Below are positions 7,332 through 14,845 of a stretch of 37,681 bases of DNA, one piece after another. Numbering within the stretch: the first letter of the stretch is position 1; each line of letters starts with the position of its first letter. The notes below the pieces were generated by a model. It saw only the letters and a program-made list of their open reading frames with translations. It ran no database searches and was not told the origin of the DNA. The position numbers were made by a program, and so were the translations under genes. Location of the stretch: contig CAYGKP010000003.1 of the NCBI GenBank assembly GCA_964350605.1, forward strand, positions 1 to 37,681, in the 5' to 3' direction. The DNA is from an uncultured Cytophagales bacterium. Its GTDB lineage: Bacteria; Bacteroidota; Bacteroidia; Cytophagales; JAAEPT01.

Positions 7332-9851
7332 CTACTTCAGAGCAGGCGAACCACGCTCGGGTAGGAATTTCATCTCGCCGATCAGTGAGGTGCCCAGCTT
7401 TAGGTCTGTGTCGGTACCTAGTACCTGGTTTTGCTTTGAGTCCAGGTAGTTGAACCATTTGAGCGAAAGGTCCTGCTTGTCGACCAGGAAGTTCTTCTTA
7501 CAGCCGGCGATCAGGTTGTCGCGCATGTCAAGGATGTTGCTGGCGGCGTAGAAGTGAAGGTCTGGCGACTCGATGGTCAGCCCTGCGGGGTAGGCGGCAA
7601 TGATGCTGTTGTGCAGCTCGATGGCTGTGTTGTTGCTCAGGCTAATGGCTGATTTGAAGTTATGGTTGTAGTGCAATACATCGCTGCGGTTGGGCCCAAT
7701 GATGGTGAAATGCTCAATCGTCGGCACCTCTTTCACCACACATCCTCTCGTCCGTGCGCAGCCCCGTGCCTCAATGCCATTGGCTCCGTTGAGTGCGGCC
7801 ATTTTTGGCTCGCGCCAGAGCAGTCCGTATTGCAGGTTTCCGAAGTAGCCTGCATTCATCGACAAGTCATCGTCGGTATTATGATAGCTGAACAAGTGTT
7901 TGGCGTTCGAATGACCGCCCACGAACGAGAAGCCATCGCTTTTTGACTGGCTGACTTGGAGGTAATCCATGACCATGTTGCTGACCCCAGCCAATAGCAG
8001 GCCGGCACCATCTTCTGCACCCGATCCACCACCGGCAAACTCGATGCGTACATACTTCAGCACGCCGCTATAATCCTCGCGGTATTTCCCGCCAAAGCCA
8101 ATGGCTGGCAATTGCTTGAAATAGCCTGAGATCATTGGCGAGGTGCTCCCTTCCTGTAGGATGGGGCCTTTCCCAAGGATAACCAGCCCAATCCAGTCGC
8201 CCGCAGCCCGCTCTCCGGCTGGCTTGTTCGAGGTAAAAACAATGGGGTTGGTTACTGATCCCTCAGCTTTGATGGTGCTGCCAGGCTCTATTATAAGTGC
8301 CGCACCTTCTTCGCAGCGAATCACAGTTCCCGCCTTGATGGCAAGCTCGGCGTTACCAGTGACCCGTATCACACCTTTCAGTAAGTAGGTGCCCGACCAA
8401 GTCGTGCTGCTGCCGATATTGCTGGAGATGGTGATAGTTCCGTTTGCGTAGCTCGCGTTGATGGGGTCCAGCTGGCTCCAACCAATGGTCCAATCGTGGC
8501 TGTCGAACCCACCAGTGAATGTTGTCTTGTCGAAGAAGGGCTCGACAGGTGGATCCAATTCCAGGAGCACCTTGAAGTCCGACGTGACAAATTTTTGCCC
8601 CTTAAGGGTATAGTCAGGGTAGAGCACCTTCAAACTGTTCTCGAAGACATTCAAGTAGTCCTCCTTGGGACGGTAAACGTTCCCGAGGCTCGGTTCCACA
8701 AACCAGGAATTGATGTCGAAGCCTCCTTTACTCAAGGTCGGCTTGTCGTGCATGCCCACCAGCAGGTTGTTGCGGAAGTGGACTTTGCCTTCTTGCACTT
8801 GATTGGCGGAGGCATAACCTTCGACGCTTAGACCAGCTTTGTAGCCCGAAATGATGGAGTTGAACAATGACACAGTCCCGCCATCGTGCATTACGACAGC
8901 TGCGCGGAGGTTCTTTGATTCTGTGTCCGTGGAGGTGAGGAGTGTGAAATTCGAGCAGAGCGCATGGGTTTGTAGATCTTCCTTGCCCGGCTCGTTGTGT
9001 GCCTCAATGGAATAGGAGCCTGAGACATCGGCGCGTGTCGCGTGACGAAGGGCCACGCAGAATTGAAGCCGGCCGCGGAAGCCACCCGAGAGGTCGAAGT
9101 CGTCGTCCATGCAGACAAACGAATAGAGCCGCTTGGCATCGATGTCGCCACCAACGAAGTGGTACGAATCACCAGCCGAGAAAGTCACTTGTATGTGATC
9201 TATGCTGGTTTTCGATCCGACACCGTAGAGCCCAAGTCCCGCGAGTCCCACCGAGCTACTTGTGCCCAATTGCCCGGCGAACTCAATGCGTACATATTCC
9301 ATGATGCCTGAGTTGTCTGCGTCGTTGTCGCCCCCAAACTTGACTAGATCGGGGCGAAAACTGGGCTCATTGATCTTGTCGGTGCCGCCTGCCACTTTTG
9401 CTTCGCCCAAAATTTTGATGCCCCGCCAGTTGCCCGCGGTACGGAGTTCCGAGTTGTCAGTGCCTGAAGTAAAGATGATCGGCGAACCCGCGCTGCCCTT
9501 CGCGATCAACTTGGCACCCCGTGTGATGATTAGTGCCGATTTTGGGTCGCAGCGAATGATCACGCCCGGTTCGATGAAGAGGGTGGCGTTGTTCGAGACG
9601 TAGACCGTGCCACGAAGACGGTAGGTAATGCCGGTGTGAAGGATGGTATTCTGCGAAATTTCCCCGCTGATCTCCCGATCAGGTGCTGGATATTTTTTTC
9701 CGACGGGCATGGTTTCGGTCCAACCCATGGTCCAGTTATCCGATGGGCCAATAGCACCCAGGTAGTTCACCGGGTCGAAAAAAGCATTGGCTGAGGGCAC
9801 TGCGCCCAGCATTGCCAGGAATAGTGCAAATGAAATGGCTATTTTTCTCAT
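7332..9851 (-). CDS. Secreted protein with two tandem copies of the same beta-helix-like module
   Basis: Signal peptide ANA|F. PIIFTS/PIVFTS, DNSGIMEYVRIEFAG/DYSGVLKYVRIEFAG and DDDFD/DDDLS each occur twice. Paralogous to 5807-7096. Confidence 0.88.
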   Translation of the reverse strand: MRKIAISFALFLAMLGAVPSANAFFDPVNYLGAIGPSDNWTMGWTETMPVGKKYPAPDREISGEISQNTILHTGITYRLRGTVYVSNNATLFIEPGVIIRCDPKSALIITRGAKLIAKGSAGSPIIFTSGTDNSELRTAGNWRGIKILGEAKVAGGTDKINEPSFRPDLVKFGGDNDADNSGIMEYVRIEFAGQLGTSSSVGLAGLGLYGVGSKTSIDHIQVTFSAGDSYHFVGGDIDAKRLYSFVCMDDDFDLSGGFRGRLQFCVALRHATRADVSGSYSIEAHNEPGKEDLQTHALCSNFTLLTSTDTESKNLRAAVVMHDGGTVSLFNSIISGYKAGLSVEGYASANQVQEGKVHFRNNLLVGMHDKPTLSKGGFDINSWFVEPSLGNVYRPKEDYLNVFENSLKVLYPDYTLKGQKFVTSDFKVLLELDPPVEPFFDKTTFTGGFDSHDWTIGWSQLDPINASYANGTITISSNIGSSTTWSGTYLLKGVIRVTGNAELAIKAGTVIRCEEGAALIIEPGSTIKAEGSVTNPIVFTSNKPAGERAAGDWIGLVILGKGPILQEGSTSPMISGYFKQLPAIGFGGKYREDYSGVLKYVRIEFAGGGSGAEDGAGLLLAGVSNMVMDYLQVSQSKSDGFSFVGGHSNAKHLFSYHNTDDDLSMNAGYFGNLQYGLLWREPKMAALNGANGIEARGCARTRGCVVKEVPTIEHFTIIGPNRSDVLHYNHNFKSAISLSNNTAIELHNSIIAAYPAGLTIESPDLHFYAASNILDMRDNLIAGCKKNFLVDKQDLSLKWFNYLDSKQNQVLGTDTDLKLGTSLIGEMKFLPERGSPALK

Positions 9852-9878
9852 TGGGCTAGAGGTAATCCTTGAAGGACA

Positions 9879-9947
9879 ATATACGCAACAGTACGTATAT
9901 GATCTTCATCAATAAAAATCACACCAACAGATAACCAAGTGGTTATC
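9879..9947. promoter_or_regulatory. Two inverted repeats upstream of the 839-aa gene (candidate operators)
   Basis: ATATACG-N8-CGTATAT (9879-9900, overlapping a TATATTGT -7-like box on the - strand) and GATAACCA-AG-TGGTTATC (9930-9947). Confidence 0.4.
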
Positions 9948-9974
9948 CGCCCATCATTCCTTGAGAAAGTTTTG

Positions 9975-12900
9975 CTAGCGGCGGCGGACCCAGCGCAACA
10001 CACGGCGTTCCTCCTGTGTGTCCACGCTGACCACGTATGACCCCTCGGCGAGCGTCGCGCCAAGTTGAAGCGGCAAGCCCGTGTTCACTTGGTGATGGGT
10101 TTCTACCAGTCGCCCGGTGAGGTCCATCACCTTTACGTCGTAGTACAAGCCCGCACCCTTCACCTGAAGTGTAGCAGCACCTTCCGAGGGGTTGGGGAAT
10201 AGGTTGACCTGTAGGGAACCGCTCAGTGAGAGCAGGCGCACTGGCGTCGACTCGCTTGACCCATCGAAATCGAATTGGGTGATGCGGTAGTAGTAGTCAC
10301 CCTCCGAAAGCGGTCCGTCCGTGTAGGTGTAGGTCGTTGGCTGACTTGTGGTGCCTTGCCCGGGGATTTGTGCCAAGGCCACCCAGGACTGAAGGTCTTC
10401 GCTGCGCTCGACCAGGAAGTAGGAGTTGTTTAACTCCTGTGCTGTGAGCAAAGTTAGCTTCGCATGGCGCGTGGGTGATTCGATGATTTGGAATCCTGCC
10501 CAAGTCACAGGGGTGACGATGTCGCACGTGGTCACTACTTGGGCCCCGATGCTGTCGTCTGGGAAGCCGTGAATGGCAGCGTAGGCGGTGTTAACTGTCA
10601 GCGCGCAAGCGGCTTGTGCCCCACGCCACGAGAAACCCGTCGAGTCCCCATAAAGAATCGGGTAGGGGCGGCCCCCTGATGTCGCGGGCCAAGGCGACCA
10701 GAAGAGCGTATCGGCGTTAGTGGTGGGGTTATAGGTTTTCGGAGCCGGAACCGTTTGGGGAAGGAAGCGGCCGAATGTGACTTGACCGGGCACTTGGTCC
10801 CAGAGTTCTACATCAAAGGCACTGTCAAATTCGGTGCGCCAGCTCAAAAGGCTGTGATTTCCGTTTTGGGTTCCGCTACCAGAAGGGTGGCCGTTGTACA
10901 ACCCTACATAGCCCGGCGTTAGCACGGAGATGGCACTAGTGGTGTACAGTGGGGGACCGGTGGCATCGTTCACCCAAACTTGCATCGTGTTGCCATTCAG
11001 GCGAACAATCAGGGTGAAGGGATCCAGCGGCGCAGGGAAGGACGTCGTAATTGACGTGGGCACCGCCGTTTGGTTGTTGTAGGCCTGCAGGAAAATTTGG
11101 TTTCCGCTTACCCCCGGCTTGGCATGAAGCATCACACCCTGAAAATTGGTTAATGCCGGATGGCCACTTTGGTAGCGAAAGACCAGGGCGAAATCGGTCC
11201 AGTTGTCGTGGTCGATCTGAACGCGGACTTCGCCGTTTTGGCCATGAGAATAATCATGGGTCATCAGCCAAGGCCGACCACCATTGGGATACGGACTGTT
11301 GCCCAGGTTGGTGAAGTTGGGCGTTTGCGCAGGTGCCACGTTGTTGTGCAAACGCCAAGTTGTGAAATAGCCTGCAGCCGTAGTCGAGGGGTTGGCAATC
11401 GACCCCTGCGTTTGTTTGTAGGCAATCGTGTAGGTGATGGAGTCGCCGACGGCGTAGCTCGGCTGGTCGGCGGTCTTCCACATGGAGTTCGCTAGCGGCG
11501 GCGGCGGCGGCAACTCGTCACAGGTAATCTCAACGGTGTCCTCAACGAAGTAGGGCGACTCCGCATCGGCCTGCCCCCATGCGCGGTTCACCGCGTAGGT
11601 GTCGCTCAAGGGACAGCCACCCAACGCTGCTTCGCTTTTCGCAAAGACATAGTAGGCGATTCCCGAACTGTCGCCCACCAGAAGTTGGGGGATGGTGATG
11701 GTAACTACACGACTGCCTGGGTCATAACTGGCCGTTTCACCAAAGGCCGTTTGTTTGATCCAGCCACCCCAGACCACTTCGTCGGGCAGCGTGTCACGAA
11801 TTACAACGTTGGCGAGCTCGCGACCCGGTACTGGACCGTTCCCAAAGGCACGCCGCCAGACGTGGCCATCGAACTCTTCGACCAGCACGCGGGTCACCTG
11901 TTGTGGTTGCGTCTGGCAATCCTCCATGTTGTATTTATTGACCAGGTAACCCGTTGGGTTGCTCGGGTCGGTCCATCCAGGGCTAATGGGGTGGAAGATG
12001 CTGCCTTCGGCACTCTGGGTTTGCCAATTCGAAGCATAGGACCAGTGGCTGGCCCAGTTTTCGGTGGTCGTAAATCCGTTTTTGAGCGAGAACCAGGCGC
12101 GCAAGGGAAAATTGGTACCCCTGTGAATGCGGTGGTCGTTGCCGGTTTGCTGGTACAGGTGGCTGGCTGGCGCAGCAATTTGGTCGGCGAACTTGACAAT
12201 TAATCGTTGGTTCCAACTACCCGCAGCATCCGAGCCAAAGGGAATCTTTTGGATCTGATAGTCGATGTCGCTGATGGCTCCGCCTTCATAGACTGGGAAT
12301 TGCAAATCCCAACCACCGGGTGCTGAGGCAGAGAGGAGTTCCTGTGTACCCACACTGTTCATGTAGTAGGAGATTCGATAGTTCCCGTAGTTGATGTAGG
12401 GCTCATCGGCCGCATGCTGAATGCGGAAGTACATGTAATAGATGGCCGAGGAGAAGATGCGGTTTGCATGGGTGACGACCACATTCGGGCGCCCCCCATT
12501 CAGCCAACCGGCATCCGAGGTGTTTTTGATTGAAATCGTGTAGGCAATCGAATCGTCGGGGTTGACGATTTCGCGGTGCGCCGATTTGTCGAGAATCAAG
12601 GCGCGACTGAGTACGTCGATGCAGTTGATTTTATAGGTGCTGGACACTACGTTGGGGTACTCATTGGTCCGCCATCCCGTCCCGTTTGAGGTTTCAATGG
12701 TCGCCGATTGACAATAGCGGCCGGAAGTGGCTTCGACCACTGCTTTGATCTCCACCTGGCCTTGGGTTGCCGCCAGGTTCGTGCTGGTCCGACCGGGGAT
12801 GGTGCCGAGGTTCCAGGTCACTGAGTGGCTGCCGGCATTGTATACGCCGCCGCCCGTCGCCGATACAAAACGGAAGGGCGCGGGCAGTGTGTCGCGAAGG

Positions 12901-14723
12901 ATCACATCCAACGCATTGACCGACGAGTAGTTGCGGTAAGAGAGTGTGTAGGTAATGGTGTCACCCGTGAAAGCGACTGTGGAGCTGACATCCTGGTAGA
13001 CCTTCACATTCGCCTGGGGATCGCGCATTGTGGTTGGTGAGTGCCAGTTACCTGTCAAAGTCAACAGGCCTGCCAAGCGGAACCAGCCATGGAAGTACTT
13101 GGGACCCGACCCCAAGTACCGCCGATTTGGGTCGGCAATCACATCGGCAACCTGCCAATGGGTATCCCATTCAATTTCCAATTGTCGGTAGGCTTTTGCC
13201 GCTGTGGAGACATCGGCGGCAATCACAGGTGCAGGACTCGAAGCACCAGGTATCCAGTTGGTGCCCCGGTACACCCCACCCAAGCGCGGTGCACCCGTCC
13301 AGCTATGATCAAGAGAGATGAGCGGGAGGGTTCTAAACTGAGGACTGGCCCCGTCGGTGCCCAATTGGCTGCAACTGCTGCCCCAGGCTGTTGGGTCTTC
13401 AAGAAAGGCGTTTAGATTGACTGCGTTGTCATAAAGAAAAGTATTCCCTCCCGGAAGCGGCTGGTGGGTCACGGGGTTCCAGGTTGAGTCCGGTGCTCCA
13501 TGCCAGAGCAAATTCAACAGATTGCGAAGCGGCAGTCGAAAGTCCTCCCCAGCCGAGCCGTTTTTACCGCCACCATAGGAAACGTTGGTGCCATCGTTAT
13601 TCACTGTCACCGAGCCAGCAATCGGGATGTGCCCATTGGCCGCCACGCGGCCCAACAGCCAATCGGTGGAATGTTCGGCCCGTCGGTACTGGTTGAAATT
13701 CCAAACCCACCCGAGAGGGGATTGCTCCTGGAAGAAATCGGCGAACGCGTGGTAGTAGCCCGAGGCGTGGTAGTCAAAAAAGCCAGCTCCACCACAGTTT
13801 GAGAATGTGTTTCCCCCATCGCCGGGGCATTCTGTGTCGTAGAAGGGCAGGGCCCAGGTTGTTAATTCACCCCAGGTATTCCCATCCTTGGCATAACCGT
13901 CGAAACCGATGTCGCCAGTCAACATGTTGACTTTGAAGCCACCCGCCCCACCATTCGCCCCTGGATCCCACTTACGAAGGGTGTCAGTCATTGAAGTAAG
14001 AAACTTAAGGGCTTCCTCTCGGTAGGAAATCGGGTTACCGCAGTCGCTGCTGACACCCATAAATTCGCCCCATTGGCGATAGGCGATCAGCAAAGCCAGT
14101 CCGATGTCCACGTCGCCATCGGTGGCAGCATCACAGGGGCTGCACTGTCCGTTCGAGGTGGTCGCCGGATTTGTGGCCGTCGTTTGCCAGCCACAAACAA
14201 AATCTCCGTGGATATAGTCATCTCGAAGTGGGTTGCAACCGCGATACGTGCGATGCCCCGGCCCACTCATGGTGTTGTCGTTCACCCAACACCAAAGCCC
14301 GTCAAAGGTGCGTTTATCCCCCATCAATGCAGCGGCGAGCAAGGCATAACCATGCCCTTCGCTGACCAGTTTGTTGTCGTCGCCTGGCACGCCGTAGTTG
14401 TACCGTATGTAACGGAGCGTCTGTCCGACCAACGGCCCACTACTGTAGGTTAAGGTTTGTCCAGGCACATACAAGGCCCGGTTCATTTGAATTTTATACC
14501 CATCCAAGATGGTTTTCTCCATCTCGGCGTGCGGCACGCCTTTGGGATTCACCAAAGCCAGGCTGGTGCCCGTTTGGTACTCCAGAAACTGAGGGAAGGG
14601 CCAACGCGGATTCCCAGAGTTGGGGTCAACGACGATGGTGTCCGCTGGCCAAGTTTGCGCCTGCAGGCCTGCCACGGTAAGGAACAGTGGGATCAGGAAA
14701 CCAATTCGGTAGAGCTGCTTCAT
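9975..14723 (-). CDS. T9SS-secreted multidomain glycoside hydrolase family 8 protein with DUF11-like Ig domains and type-A CTD
   Basis: GH8 motifs VSEGHGYALL and ATDGDVDIGLALLIA. DUF11-like GDTITYTLSYRN...RDTLP units. C-terminal LFPNPS...GSYVV...RWVRRR sorting domain. Start moved to ATG 14723 because the ORF-track TTG lies inside a perfect -7 box. Signal peptide LQA|Q. Confidence 0.9.
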   Translation of the reverse strand: MKQLYRIGFLIPLFLTVAGLQAQTWPADTIVVDPNSGNPRWPFPQFLEYQTGTSLALVNPKGVPHAEMEKTILDGYKIQMNRALYVPGQTLTYSSGPLVGQTLRYIRYNYGVPGDDNKLVSEGHGYALLAAALMGDKRTFDGLWCWVNDNTMSGPGHRTYRGCNPLRDDYIHGDFVCGWQTTATNPATTSNGQCSPCDAATDGDVDIGLALLIAYRQWGEFMGVSSDCGNPISYREEALKFLTSMTDTLRKWDPGANGGAGGFKVNMLTGDIGFDGYAKDGNTWGELTTWALPFYDTECPGDGGNTFSNCGGAGFFDYHASGYYHAFADFFQEQSPLGWVWNFNQYRRAEHSTDWLLGRVAANGHIPIAGSVTVNNDGTNVSYGGGKNGSAGEDFRLPLRNLLNLLWHGAPDSTWNPVTHQPLPGGNTFLYDNAVNLNAFLEDPTAWGSSCSQLGTDGASPQFRTLPLISLDHSWTGAPRLGGVYRGTNWIPGASSPAPVIAADVSTAAKAYRQLEIEWDTHWQVADVIADPNRRYLGSGPKYFHGWFRLAGLLTLTGNWHSPTTMRDPQANVKVYQDVSSTVAFTGDTITYTLSYRNYSSVNALDVILRDTLPAPFRFVSATGGGVYNAGSHSVTWNLGTIPGRTSTNLAATQGQVEIKAVVEATSGRYCQSATIETSNGTGWRTNEYPNVVSSTYKINCIDVLSRALILDKSAHREIVNPDDSIAYTISIKNTSDAGWLNGGRPNVVVTHANRIFSSAIYYMYFRIQHAADEPYINYGNYRISYYMNSVGTQELLSASAPGGWDLQFPVYEGGAISDIDYQIQKIPFGSDAAGSWNQRLIVKFADQIAAPASHLYQQTGNDHRIHRGTNFPLRAWFSLKNGFTTTENWASHWSYASNWQTQSAEGSIFHPISPGWTDPSNPTGYLVNKYNMEDCQTQPQQVTRVLVEEFDGHVWRRAFGNGPVPGRELANVVIRDTLPDEVVWGGWIKQTAFGETASYDPGSRVVTITIPQLLVGDSSGIAYYVFAKSEAALGGCPLSDTYAVNRAWGQADAESPYFVEDTVEITCDELPPPPPLANSMWKTADQPSYAVGDSITYTIAYKQTQGSIANPSTTAAGYFTTWRLHNNVAPAQTPNFTNLGNSPYPNGGRPWLMTHDYSHGQNGEVRVQIDHDNWTDFALVFRYQSGHPALTNFQGVMLHAKPGVSGNQIFLQAYNNQTAVPTSITTSFPAPLDPFTLIVRLNGNTMQVWVNDATGPPLYTTSAISVLTPGYVGLYNGHPSGSGTQNGNHSLLSWRTEFDSAFDVELWDQVPGQVTFGRFLPQTVPAPKTYNPTTNADTLFWSPWPATSGGRPYPILYGDSTGFSWRGAQAACALTVNTAYAAIHGFPDDSIGAQVVTTCDIVTPVTWAGFQIIESPTRHAKLTLLTAQELNNSYFLVERSEDLQSWVALAQIPGQGTTSQPTTYTYTDGPLSEGDYYYRITQFDFDGSSESTPVRLLSLSGSLQVNLFPNPSEGAATLQVKGAGLYYDVKVMDLTGRLVETHHQVNTGLPLQLGATLAEGSYVVSVDTQEERRVLRWVRRR

Positions 14724-14732
14724 GGTTGCTGA

Positions 14733-14740
14733 CAAATATA
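14733..14740 (-). promoter_or_regulatory. -7 promoter element of GH8 gene
   Basis: TATATTTG on the - strand, 9 nt before the ATG. Confidence 0.7.
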
Positions 14741-14790
14741 GCAGAAAAGTACAAGTAATTCCATAATGATCCCAATACGTGCAATATGAT

Positions 14791-14816
14791 TTAGTCTAGA
14801 CTAACTTATTAGTTAG
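14791..14816. promoter_or_regulatory. DtxR/MntR-like metal-repressor operator
   Basis: Perfect 14-bp palindrome TTAGTCTAGACTAA (14791-14804) overlapping a second inverted repeat CTAACT-tatt-AGTTAG (14801-14816). Resembles TTAG-N6-CTAA DtxR-family boxes. Lies just upstream of a TonB-dependent transporter. Confidence 0.6.
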
Positions 14817-14845
14817 GATACTTGTATCCCTGCCTTGGGAGCCCC

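Noticed and set aside
1-14723. tRNA-Cys as an integration site for a genomic island
   Set aside because: No integrase and no duplicated tRNA 3' end were seen in the window, and the adjacent genes (sulP, amtB, glnK) look like core genes
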